Positions 26,904 through 40,000 of a stretch of 64,000 bases of DNA are shown here, piece after piece (the first letter of the stretch is position 1; each line of letters begins with the position of its first letter). The notes under the pieces were generated by a model. The model did no database searches. It was not told the DNA's origin and was given only the letters and a program-made list of their open reading frames with translations. Both the position numbers and the translations under genes were made by a program. This DNA is from Styela clava. Lineage: Eukaryota. The stretch is from NCBI RefSeq assembly GCF_964204865.1, contig NC_135259.1, positions 15,872,001-15,936,000 of the forward strand, given 5' to 3'.

Positions 26904-28703
26904 TTTTACAGATGCACAAGGTAGACAAATAAATGCTTATAATACTATTGGGAAAATTGCATACTCTGCACTATGTAATATCTGAATAATATGGTGAATG
27001 TATAAAAATTTATATGAAAAAACTGCAGTGGGAAAAATGTAATATCATGGTGGCGAGAATTGTATATACAACATTTGAAAGTACAGAAATCTATAATATT
27101 CAAATCAAAGCTGTGTTATCACATATTAGAGTTGTTTTTATTGATATTAGAGCTGGATTCGTATTTTTAATTCCTTACAGTCAGAGTTGAAATTTTCACA
27201 GGCTCTTATTAATAGTGAAAATGGACGTCAAACTTATATGACAGAAAGTTAAAAGGCATTATGTGGACCATACATTCTTAATAACAGATAATTGAAAAGG
27301 GATTGCATTGAACTAGTTTTGTTCTATCTGAATTCAGAGCCAAAATTCCCTTCAACCTGGAGTTGGGAGACTAAATCAGATTTGTTCAACCCAAAGCCAT
27401 TAGTCTATGTCGTGTTTTTTAAAGGTCAAAGGTTGTTTTACCCGAACTCCACAGCCATGCTTGAAAATCAATCAATATCCAGTCACATAAAAACACTTTG
27501 AAGATATTTTAGAATTTGTAGCACCAGAATGAAACTGCTTTCTATAACTAGCAGTCAAAAGAATGACAGATTGGAATATCCTTAATTGCAGATTTCATAC
27601 TTTCGTACAGAAATTTACTTACAAAATAACGAATCAAGGACACATAATTAGCCATGCTTGGATGATAATAATAATAATAAAAATTGAAGACAAAAAATCA
27701 AAATGCTAGAAAAAGTATTCACAAAATATTCAGTGTTTTGGATATAGCTAACACAAATAGTGATTCTGTAAGATTGTCAATATAACGCAAAACAATTTTG
27801 CTCATACATGAAGTATGTTGCTACAAACTAAAATAGCGAGAAAAAACAGTGTAAAGTAAGATAGAAGAAATGTGTGTTGATTCAAATAGGTTGAAGAAAT
27901 TTCATGGATTAAGCAAAACATGGACTGCTATAACGGTCAGAATATACTTGGACATGAAATGGACCTACAAATGATTGGCCAAACTGTTTCCATTACTCTT
28001 TTCAGATTTTCAGTATTTCAATTGAAATAAGTCACTAGATCTAGAAAAGACTAGAATATGAGCATTTTTATTCCTTTTTAACTTTTTTTGGTCCTATAAA
28101 CCAGGCAGTTCATCCATAAATACCTAATTTGCAAGTGCAAGATTTTCTCAAGCTAAGCCTCATAATCAGTCATTTGGTCTCCATGTTTATATAATTGATT
28201 TAAGTATTGCACACTTGTCTATACTTGATCTGCCAAGCGAGGCGACGTGTTTCTAAAGTCAGTGCACAGCACAATATATTCAAATGACATGATGTACATT
28301 GACTTCTTCTTATTTTAAAGTTGGATAAAAATTGCACTATTGGAAGGAAAATAAGGCAACATAGCTTACAAGAGGTCATGGGACTCATGGCTGGCAAGAA
28401 AATTGTACTAATGGATTGAACATTTCAAAAATGCAAAATATTGGATAAAAAATATAAGAAAATGTAAAAAAATATTTCGACAATCAAATACTTCATGATT
28501 ACTTAATTAACCAGGTTTGAAGAAACTGGAACACTTATTAAGTGTTAATTAGTCTATAAGTCACTGCATTACACTTTCTTTTATTTGGTATAAGTAATAA
28601 GACTCAATTTAAAAAAGCATGATTTGGAGAGAAGAAAGAGGAGCTTCATTTCCAAACCAGCATAAAAATCACTAAAAAGTAATATATATATGTATTCTAA
28701 CCC

Positions 28704-30018
28704 TCAGCCTTCATACCAATAGGGTTCCTGCCTCACAAACATAGCAAGGATAAAAGCTCCGAATGATAAAGTAAGATTGTGCCAATAAAATTGATCCAAC
28801 AAATTGAGAAGATAACAGTGACAAAGTAACACCAGTGATAGAACCATGCCAGCCAAAGGAATCAATTGTCTCGATATCAACATGAAACCTGAAAATTTTG
28901 CTTGAATTAATAATAAGTTCCATGAAAACCTGGAAAGCCTAGAGCCCAGGTTGTCTCATTGCCCAATCATACAGGTAATAATAATGGTGGTTATTTTCTT
29001 TTTGGCGGCCGTGATGCCCTAATGATTTAAGTGTTGGACTTACTAGCTATGTTGGTAATTGGTATCACAGGTTGGAAACCTCATCAATAATTATTTAATT
29101 ATTAAGAGAAAATTCAAATAACAAGTGAATATACTAATTTGTGAAGATTTGTTTGTTAACAATGACCCAACTATGAAATATATTCGCTATTCTAAATATC
29201 AAACTATATTACTGAAACACATTTGAAAATTGAAATATCTAAAGAACCTAATATTATTTTCATTTTTCTTACCACAAAGCATTTCCAATGTCGCAAATAT
29301 TCCTTGCATTCGCATTGGACTTATAATTTCATATAGTGGGAGAACATCATGAGCAACAGAGAAATAAACAGTCTAAAAAACCAATGAGAATTAATTATGA
29401 GTGAAAGGCGAAAACATTTCATTTATAAAATGCGTAATTGATCTCTTGGAACAGTATTATTCTAACTGGAAAATCGAAGCATCATGCATAAGTAAGAAGT
29501 TTGGGTACTAACTAATGTAGTATGTGAATCAAGATGGCGGACATCGGAATGTAGTATGCGTACCAGGTTAGGCTTAGGCCATAATTTCAGGTACAAATAC
29601 TACGGAAGTCGCTTGGCTGGTCCCTGAACTCGAATAGAACTAAAATATTGAAAATTGAAATAAACTTATGGCCTAACTTTAACCTGGTGCACATACTACG
29701 TTCCGGTGTCCGCCATCTTGGTGTACATACTACAGGAGCGCTGACATGGGTGTCATTTGCTTATCGTTAATAATAAAACGTAAAGAATGCAATTATTTTC
29801 ACAACAATCAAGAAAAACATTTTTCAAAGAATACAATTGAATGAATATTTCACCTATTTTACAAAGTAATCGTATATTACCATTTCATGGTACAAATCTG
29901 GTGCAAATGCCCTTCCAAATGATTTTGTTTTAACTGCACCCGTGAGCAAGTGAAGTAATCCTAAAATGAAGCTGGAATGTCCAATGGCAATTCTGTTGAC
30001 TTTCTTCCAAGTTAGCAT
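28704..30018 (-). CDS. TMEM35/NACHO (DoxX-like) paralog 1
   Basis: Exons 30018-29881, 29372-29273 and 28888-28704: ...ILGLLHLLTGAVKTKSFGRAFAPDLYHEM|...MQGIFATLEMLCG|FMLISR...QEPYWYEG. Confidence 0.8.
29503..29741. mobile_element. Palindromic MITE related to family A
   Basis: Long inverted arms gtagtatgtg..caagatggcggaca.cggaa.gtagtatg.g.accaggtta...ttaggccataa mirrored at the right end. Confidence 0.85.
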
Positions 30019-30849
30019 TGCTGCTAGTTTGTTTATTAGATATTAAGTAACTGTCAGTTGAATATTAGATTTGAAATATTAAATTTAGGATTCAAAAATG
30101 AGTAAATATTTTATATTCTAATTGAATATAATTTTGTTAATAAAATCTGAAAATAACTATAAATACACATTCATGCTGGTCACTCCAACGAATAAAATTC
30201 AATTACATCAAAGTAAGTACAGTAATATACAAAAGTAATGTGTAAATAATAACAATTAAAAAATTCGAGTTATGGAAAAAAAAATCTCCATATGTGTTAA
30301 TTTGTCATATATTATAGCAATTTAGAATACTTTAAAAAGTTTTGGCCTTTTATATGACAGGCGTAATTGGATAAGGTTTAAAGCATGCTACATAACCTGT
30401 ACCTTGCAATTTTATTTTCAAAATATTATTTCACTGTAATTTATTTTTTAATGATTTACTGCAGAATATAAAAATTTGAAATAAAGAAATTTGACTATGC
30501 ATTTTCAAATGTAGTATATGTTTGCATATAAACGACATTAAAAAAAATTCTGCTAATGCACACATAAGCAAGAAACTAGACATGCTAACTTATAAGGTAT
30601 ACCAATAAAAAGATGTTAGTGTCCTATTTGACAGGACAGTTTATCAATGTTGAATAAAGTTCCCAAAACACTCAGTCGAGTGGAGCTAATCACGAAGTTG
30701 AGTCTCAGTGGCATTCAGTTGATGAGGCATTTAAATTTTTGATAAATGATAAATAAAATGCAATTTGAGCCGAAAGAATGAATCAAACCTGGTACGTAAA
30801 CGTATATTAGAAAATATATATTATTTTGAACTGATAAAAACTTTTTTGT

Positions 30850-31908
30850 TCAATATTCACTATCCCATTTATTTTTACCATCCTTCCACATTAAATTGAT
30901 AAAATATTCGAGTGGTTCAGATTCATGCATTTCATGTTCAGAAGTTTGTTCTGATACACATGCATCATATCCACATATTACTCTTAAATATACAAAACGG
31001 GCTAACACAGCGTAAAAAAGAAACTTTTTTTCATCATATGTGAGACTAAAATTTTTTTCAAAACCAGATAATGTAGTTTTAGCAGCATCATATGGATTTA
31101 TATTAGGCGATGTCACAGTCGCATACATTGCACTCGCAATAGGAATTGCAGCTTCATATACATAATAACTAATACCCATGTCCGAAAAATCGATAATCCC
31201 TTTTACTAAATAGTTATCGACATCATTTTGCAGTTTTTTAAAAATGAAATTTTCAAGACACATATCGTTATGTATAACCCCTTTTCTTATTTGGGAAAAT
31301 TCATTTTTAATACTTGAATCCTTTAATTTTTGCATAACAATAGAACAAATGTTACGTACATTTTCATCATTTACAATATTTAACCTCACATCTTCAATAT
31401 GCATATTTTGTACAAGATAGTAATCATTCACACGTTTTAAAGCTGAAGGCGGGTCTTTTATTTTAAACAATTCAGCAGTCAGTTTTCCAGCACACAAACC
31501 TATTTCATGGCAAAAAGATAGAAATGATTCAGATTTAAATTTAAGGTTTTTGTATTCTAAACCAGTGACATAAGACATTAAAATTACTTTTCGAACTCCA
31601 TTAGAGGTATCAATCTGACCAACATAACCCCCAGTTGTACAAGTAACTGGTTTAGGAATCTCAAATTGCAATTGAGGAATTTGTCTCAATACGTCCATGA
31701 TAGCTTCAGTGAGTCTTTCTCTCTTTGAGTCATTGACATTAACTATCTTCAAGACATATTTGTCTCTATGTTCCGAATTGTGACTTAAATCAACGCATTC
31801 CAAGATATAGTTAAGGTCATCATATCCACTAATTAGTTCAACTGATAAAGCTTTATAATTATAAAAATCCAGTAATATTTTTGAGATATTTATATCAGTA
31901 TTCTGCAT
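30850..31908 (-). CDS. Hydroxylysine kinase-like (HYKK/AGPHD1; aminoglycoside-phosphotransferase fold), intronless CDS
   Basis: LISGYDDLNY, KYVLKI, Brenner motif IHNDMCLEN and GIIDFSD; uninterrupted ~352-aa ORF. Confidence 0.85.
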   Translation of the reverse strand: MQNTDINISKILLDFYNYKALSVELISGYDDLNYILECVDLSHNSEHRDKYVLKIVNVNDSKRERLTEAIMDVLRQIPQLQFEIPKPVTCTTGGYVGQIDTSNGVRKVILMSYVTGLEYKNLKFKSESFLSFCHEIGLCAGKLTAELFKIKDPPSALKRVNDYYLVQNMHIEDVRLNIVNDENVRNICSIVMQKLKDSSIKNEFSQIRKGVIHNDMCLENFIFKKLQNDVDNYLVKGIIDFSDMGISYYVYEAAIPIASAMYATVTSPNINPYDAAKTTLSGFEKNFSLTYDEKKFLFYAVLARFVYLRVICGYDACVSEQTSEHEMHESEPLEYFINLMWKDGKNKWDSEY

Positions 31909-33000
31909 ATTCAACCTAATTTAACTAGAATCAATGATATAAAAAACAAGATGGTAATGTACAAGTATAATATTCATGAAATTGGTTCAAGTACTAGACT
32001 ACAATAGCGGTCACTGCTTAAATAATGTCCAAAAAAATAGGATTTTTCATGTTTTTTTTTAAATAAAAAGAAAGACTATATGGTGCAGAATGAAATTTTT
32101 GGCAGACGTGTTTAGTTGAAATCAAACCTACTCAATTTTCAACAAGCAATTTGTATTGCAATTATATTTAATCAGTCTGATGGAATTTGTATGTATTAAA
32201 TAGTAACTGACAGACTGACCAAAACAACCAGCACAAAGACATTAGGCATCGATAAGATTTTCAGAATGATGTAAAGAATGTTACAGGATGTCGTTTGACC
32301 CAAATTTGCTGAGCTCTATATCACTATACAAGTGTGCAATCTATAACATTTATAATTTTAACATTCAATGTAATAATGAAATGAATATTTGGTTGAGTAA
32401 TTATTAGGCTTCTATGATTATTAGGCAAAAGATCTATCTCAAAAGATAAAACGACCTGGGACATGTTCCTAGAATTGAATATATAAGGTCAAATAACTAC
32501 TGAAATATTGGTATCTTAAAATCAGTGAAACGTAGTATACCCAATGCTAACATGCGCCGAACACCACGCACAATTCCGACTAACCGCACAAAATTTAACA
32601 ATCAGCAAAGTCAAATCAAGAAAGTGTCGCTATACTATACTGCTGTACTGTAATAGGAAACTAAAAACCATTCCGCGTTCAAGCGTTTAACTCCGCGACA
32701 TGTTAGAAATAATACCCTAACCAAAAACACTAAATATTTGTAAAACCTAAATAATGAGTAAAATACCAAATCCTGTCAGCATTTATTAACCAAGAAATCG
32801 CCACGAAAACCCATGACGGCAACAAAATATTTTTCAACTCGCGAGCGCCAACTAATGGATTTATTTTTGAACTCATTATTTCAACGCTTCATTGAATACG
32901 ATTAGTGCGACACCGCGTGTATTTTGAATTGCAGTGCTTCGCCATTTCGCATTTCAGCTTGTTGGAGCGTTTTTGTAAATTAGATAGCCTAGAGTCGAAA

Positions 33001-34121
33001 ATGTCGAACGAATTTTATTTACGATATTACGTTGGGCATAAAGGAAAATTTGGACACGAATTTCTCGAATTTGAATTTCGTCCCGACGGTAAGAATGTTT
33101 TTTTTCTTATATCTGCCTTGTCTTTGTTGTTCACAATTATCAATAAACTCTGAAACTTGACAACTGAAAAAAAAATGTTGCAACACTGCCTTTTCTTTAC
33201 TACCGTACAGTACTAGACTAATAGGAAAGGGTAATTTGACTTTTCAATAAGGTACCGGTAACTGAGATATGTCTTACACTTTACCCTGAATTTCATCACT
33301 AGCTGAATTAATCTTGTCCAAATTTAAGGAACTATCACGATAGAAATTCAGAAAGTGTGATAATATACTGATAATGCGAACGTTTCTTTGAATAAGTTTC
33401 GTGAAGTCTTTAGTCTCACTATTAGAGGTATGGTACAACAATGTACTGTTGAATAATTGCTTTTTCAATTCAACTATTCAGGCAAATTACGCTATGCCAA
33501 CAATTCAAACTACAAAAATGACACAATGATCAGAAAAGAAGCTTGTGTTCATAAAGCAGTCCTTGAAGAATTAAAAAGAATCATAGAAGATTCTGAGGTT
33601 ATGAAGGAAGATGACACAATGTGGCCAAACCCAGACAGAGTCGGACGTCAGGTATTGCGTCGAAAATCTTTCAAATTCATACATTTGCAATTTTAAGAAA
33701 TACAAATTGGGATGCTTCCTCAATTAATTATTGGCATTCTTTTTTGTGTTGGTAATGATGACTAATCGGCAATACATTGGGAAGATTAAACCAAAGTGAT
33801 TATTTGGCTGTTGAAAGAGTATTATCTGAGAAACTTCAAAAATAGTTGCAAAAGAAGGAGGTTCAGGCCAGGAAAGCATAGGCTACATGGGATAATTGAG
33901 TTCAAATGTTGTCGCTAAAATTTTTAAATTTTTTTCAGGAGCTGGAAATTGTATTGGGTGAAGATCATATTTCATTTACAACATCCAAAATAGGATCTCT
34001 GATTGACGTCAATGATTGTAAAGATTCTGATGGTCTTCGTACTTTTTATTATCTCGTCCAGGATTTAAAATGTCTTGTGTTTTCACTCATCGGACTGCAC
34101 TTCAAAATTAAGCCAATCTAA
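33001..34121 (+). CDS. MAGOH: Mago nashi (exon junction complex core), 146 aa
   Basis: Exons 33001-33088, 33482-33651 and 33939-34121: [39 protein letters not shown]...[11 protein letters not shown]. Confidence 0.99.
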
Positions 34122-34952
34122 ATAATAGAAAGTGCTGCCTGATATGGATGAAGACCTTGGCTGGAGCAGATGTGGCAAAATTTGTCGTGGAACAATGTGG
34201 GTTTGAATTCCCACCAAATACTTTGTACTGTAGTTTCTTACTTCAGAAACGCTTTTTTATCCATTTTAAAAAAAATTCTGGTTGATATCAATTATTATAT
34301 CAGCTTATGCATAAAGTCTGATCAAATGAATAATGGGACCAGTTTGATGTGTCTCATACTTCGCACAGACTATTGTCAATACCAACGACTTTTTGTTTGG
34401 AAGGTTTACACTTTCCCACTGCTTTTTTCATTAAAATGGTTGTTGAAATAAATTTTTAGATCACAAGGTTTAGCAAAAGAGTATCTATTTCAAAATCTTC
34501 CAACAAGTCTAGGAAGCTCCCGTTTAATGGATGATTGTCAGCTTTGTCACCCTAAAGATTTCATCGGTTTGGCTGGTCAGTCAGATTGTTCCTACAAAGC
34601 AGCTTATGTCACATTTTTTCAGAAATGGACTAGATTAGTTTTGAATGGAGATAGTGCCTCGTGTTCAATTTGGCTACTGCAACTAGACTTATCTTAAAAT
34701 TCGATATCCTCAAAAGCAATTTGGTTCTACCGCTCTGATATATCGCTAGCATGCTTCGTTATAAGTCTGAAAAAAGTTCGTTTTGGCTCAAGTTACCAGT
34801 TGATCTCTCCAATTTCAAAGTCTGAAATTGTGACACCATTTCAAAATCTTCACTCATCGCAGGTTGAACATTACTCTGGCTCAGGCACTCAAGTCTCACA
34901 CTGAGAAGCTGGTTTCAAAATTGCTTTGCAAATGACAATTTCACCCTCAAAT

Positions 34953-36132
34953 TAGAGGTAAGATCGGGCTAAAAAATTCCAGCCCGACCCGACTCCGGCC
35001 CGTGGGTATTAAACCCGACTAATTAACTGGATTTGCAGGCCAGACCTGGGCCCGTGGGTAATAAAACCTGACCCGACCCGAGCCCGACTAATTAACTGGA
35101 TTTGCAGGCCCGACCTGGGCCCGTGGGTAATAAAACCTGACCCGACCAGAGCCCGACTAATTAACTGGATTTGCAGGCCCGACCTGGGCCCGTGGGTAAT
35201 AAAACCTGACCCGAGCCCGACTAATTAACTGGATTTGCAGGCCCGACCTGACCCTGGTCCGTGGGTATTAAAACCCGACCCGGGCCCGTGGGTAATAAAA
35301 CCTGACCCGACCCGAGCCCGACTAATTAACTGGATTTGCAGGCCCGACCTGGGCCCGTGGGTAATAAAACCTGACCCGACCCTAGCCCGACTAATTAAAT
35401 GGATTTGCAGGCCCGACCAGACTAACTAACAGGCTTTGCAGGCCCGACAAATTAACTGGATTCGCAGGCCCGAAATTTCATATTTTATTTAGGAGTTCTT
35501 CGAATTGTCATTGCAAGAGGTTAGTACAGTATTGGGGAATGCTGGGACATATTTCTTCTTTTGTGAGCTCTATAATCTGCACATTCATTTGACAATGCGG
35601 GGCTAATAGATAGAGGGTAGCTAAAGGTTTTACTGGGCAAACTAAGAAATTCCCTAGCGACACCCATATTATCATCAAGAGGCATTCAAAAACGTGTAAA
35701 ATGTCCCGCTGCACTCCACTTGTGCGGCACATTAAATTAAACGAGGTATGCTGTTAAAAAGCAATGAATAAGCATCATCATCCAAAGAACTACGAAACTT
35801 TAAATTTCGAAATTTAATATTTATGAAATCGGAACCACTCTGAAAAATAGTTTCTAATAAACATATATTTACTTATAAAAAATCCAGCGATATATAAGCC
35901 CGACCCGAACGTAATGATTGTCATTTCAGGCCCGACCCGAACCTAATGATTGACAAATCAGGCCCGACGCGAACGCAATTATTGACTTTTCAGGCCCTAC
36001 CCAACCTGAACGCAATGTTTGACATTTTAGGCCCGAACGTAATGATTAACAATATAGGCCCGACCCGTACGCAATGCTTGATATTTCAGGCCCGACCCGA
36101 AATATCGGGTCGGGCTCCAGATCTTAGCTCTA
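34953..36132. mobile_element. hAT non-autonomous element with internal minisatellites
   Basis: TIR TAGAG.TAAGATC; perfect 8-bp TSD cctcaaat; ~60-66-bp tandem units at 34980-35470 and ~33-bp units at 35897-36100, all rich in GCCCGACCCG. Confidence 0.92.
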
Positions 36133-37062
36133 CCTCAAATACAAACTGATTATCCCAGATTTTTCACACACCAATCAGTCTTTATAAAATTATGCATTTA
36201 CTGCATTAAAAACGCAAGAGGAACTTGATAATTAAATAAGTCTCGTCTTTAGTGATTACGATATTTTCTAGTCTAATAGCACCAAATATTACAAGTTTTG
36301 CTCAAAAAGCAAACTAAATTCACAATATAGAACCAAATTTTAAAAAGCACAGAGTTATTAAAATTAGTCCAGACATCCAACTAAATACACAACAATGCAA
36401 AATCTGAGAAATAATATTCAACAAGATTGCCAATGTGGAAGTCTTTGCAAGTGAAGGGTTAATAGTGACAAGGACCGGTATGTCATCAAATACCACGCAA
36501 CATATTTCTATGATTCTTCTTCTGAAGATTTCCACAAGGGCAGTGGTAATATGGCATAAATTATATATGGGCTGAAAATAACGACAGTCTACAGAATTCA
36601 ACATAATGCGTTTAATCTCAATTACTTTTGCAACATGGCAGCAGCACTTTTAACGAAGGAATTTAATTAAAGAGTGAACAAAAAAAGTTAAAACAACGTT
36701 AATATTATTACAAAAGTGATCTCAATACGAATTCCTCCTCCCGTGTCTTGTAAAATAAACAGAAATGTTATCAGGCATTTGGTTGGCATGTATGAAATGA
36801 AAGAAAAGTCAGACTTATTTGCTCTTATCTGAAGAGATAAAAGAATTACATATTCTCAGAGTAAACAATGCACAAGCGATAAATTTTATCTACGCATTTT
36901 AAACTGCAAACCGTATGCGTTACAGATATATTCAGTACCGCAAATTTTAGAAATGCAGTTACAAATTTATTGTTGACGTTTCGTTTTTTAATAGTTGGCG
37001 AGCTGCAGATAATGAGTAAGTTGACTGACATCGATATTTTCATTGGTAATCATTGTGGAAAT

Positions 37063-40000
37063 TCACAACGTATCAACTTCTATCTCATTGTCTTCTGGTA
37101 CATCAGAAACCTGAAAATCAATGTAAAATATGATTATTGAATCAAAATTCAACAATACCTTGAAAGAGCATTTCTATCCAAACCTAATGCACATTTGTTA
37201 CAATTTCAAATCTCTGAAGACTAGCTGTGCAAGACGAGATCAGATGTCATGATTGGATCCTACTTCTGTTACCATTCTTCCGTTGTTTCTTCCAAGTGTC
37301 AATGATAATTAGCCGGTAGGAAGGGTACTCATGTAGTGTGTGTGTACCAGGTTAGGGTTAGGCCATAATTTTTCTCATTTTAGTTCTATTGCGAGTTCGG
37401 GGACTGTCTGTGTTAGCCAAGTGAATATACCCTCTGCCCATAGGTTTCAGTCCCTGTACACAACTTGATGTGAAGTAGGCGAACAAAATTAGTTGCCTCC
37501 ATATTGGTACAAACACTTCTTGAGCACCGTTGAAAGAGTGTATATATATTTGTTACTTTCATTTTGCAAGCAAAAAAATTTATCAATTCCTTACGTTTTT
37601 ATTTCCTAATAGCGCAGTAACTTCTTCCAACGTATTTTGTGCCGACATAGTTCGTTGGAAATATTTACTAGTTTCATTCGAACGAATCTCAGACAATCTA
37701 TTGGTTGATGATGAATTGTATTCAGTCTTCATTTTACCGGTCAACCAAGATACTGCGAATGACCACTGTCCACTTACTGATACTAAATAATCCTTGTTAG
37801 ATGATGACCTGCACAGGAATACAATATTTAATATAAAGCAAGATGGAAATAGAATTGTCACAAAAAAGAAACACAGGGAATCTGGCATTTAAGGATTCAA
37901 AGCCAAAATAATTAGACTGACATCAAAATTATGATGTTCGACCACATTTTAATGAGAAAACCGAGGTGTTCTTGTCAGATTTCACAAAGGAATTGAAGAC
38001 ATATTTGCAGAAGCACTGTAGTTCATAGCCAATTTTTTTGCAGACTCATTCTCCTGTAAAACTCGTAAATCTCTTGCATGTGAGTTTTAACATGCTATTA
38101 AGTGTGACCCATGACAAACTTGAAAAATTTGTTAGATTTGATCTTTCCCGCCTTATTGTGGATATTTAAATTTCTTTATTGTTTACATTTCTTTATTATG
38201 TACACTCAGTCACTCAGTGTTTTTTGAAAAAACATACTTTCGCCTACTTATCTGTTATATGCAGAGTGATAGTAGATTGTTTAACATGTAATATATCAGC
38301 AAAATAACATTAATTTCATGTCACCTGTTCGCTAGTTGTACCAACATTTTTATACATTGGTAGCATTTTGGTTCATCCGATTTCAGAGTATTTTTAATAA
38401 TCGTCAGGAGAGCTTGAGATGATTTTTCAAGAGCGAGAGACAATCTCATTACATGCAATTCATCTTCTAATGAGAGTAAGTTACTCAGTAATGTCAACAA
38501 TGATCCGAGTTCATTTGCTGGTACAGATTGAATATCAGACTAAAAAAAGTGGAAAATTTTTGGGTTAAGTCTTGAAGGCAAAAAAGTAAGCTATCAAATT
38601 ATACAGACATAGGTAAATAAAGATTGTGGATAATACATAGTAATTATTATCATAGCATAGTGATTAACTAATTATATAGATTAGAAATCATGGGTTAAAG
38701 CCCACTATCTCACATGAATATGTATGTCTAATGAACAGATTCTGTTACTTCCAAATATAAAATTATTTGGGGGTGATGGCCTAGTGCAGTTGTTATCGAC
38801 CGTCTTATTAAATTTGTTCCTTTGCCTATTTTGTAACTTGCACAGCCTAAGTAGTTTATTATGTGATTTTAAATAAGTAATAGTTTATAACAGAATACTA
38901 GTGCAATACTACAGTGAAAACAAAGCAAAATTTCTTCCAGAAAACGGCAAAATCCCTCCCCAGTTTGGAAAGTTGGCCTAGTGAGTAACCCTTTCCGTGC
39001 GGTGGGCACGTATACGTACCAACGACAAAAGTCGCTAGATTGCGGTTGATGTACTCCACTGTTTTATTTAGCAATCCGTCGCAAACTGTTGGTTTAGTTT
39101 TTCCGGGTTTTAGTTTATTGATAAGAAGTCTTCTTCGAGATTAACATAAGCGATGGTAAATCTCGCTTTCGTTTACGACGGGAATTTTATTTGCGGCGGA
39201 CCGAGAGAGTGTTTTTGAAATTTATGCAAATTTCGCTTTTTTTTTGGGTGGTAATAGAAGACATATTATCCCTTCCATCTACCAAAGTATTTTGAGTTAT
39301 ATCACGAAATTGCTACAGCAATATTATGCTATTGTTTGCCAACCACGAAGCGGTAACAGTAAAGGATTTAGCGAATATTTCTATTTTTTATCACGGTTTG
39401 AAGTTTCAACTCCCAAGAAAAAAATGCCTTTTTTCTATCCGGTTTGTGACTCAGACCACCACTTTTAAAAAAACTTTCTTTTTTAATCGCCAATTGCAAG
39501 CTCTTTAAATAAGCTTTCCAACGAGCCGTCAGTGGGCAGCAGAGGATCATTAGTTTTTCGTTAGTCGATCGATTAGTTGTGGGGTACAAATGCATAAAAT
39601 CGGCGTAGCAAATACGATTATTTGATAAAAAATAAAAATCGCATGGAAAGGGTTAAAGCATATTAGACTCAAATATGTTACTGAATAATCATAGTTTAAA
39701 AATAAAACCCACACGAAGACCTAATCAATCAGTTTGGATAGATGAGATATAGCTATAAAACCATCCTAGGCAATGAGGAAGTTAGCTCTTCTCTCGCAAA
39801 AAATCATCTACATAGGATATAAACCTGCAAAGCCAAGCCACACTATGTAATTATTAATAGCTTCTTCGAGAGCAAACATTTTCAATTTCGAACCATTTTA
39901 CGCACACTCACCAGAATGATGTCGATAGCTTTGACAGAAAAGTTTTCATTGTTGTAGGAACAATGACAAATAAAATCAGAAACAACTGGACATGAACTTG

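Noticed and set aside
6182-31908. Run of same-strand genes as an SL trans-spliced operon
   Set aside because: Intergenic gaps are mostly kb-scale, and acceptor-like AGs before ATGs are not diagnostic without transcript data.
34980-35470. Regular repeats resembling a CRISPR array; ORF 35235-35429
   Set aside because: No unique spacers and no cas genes; it is a minisatellite within a hAT MITE in eukaryotic DNA.
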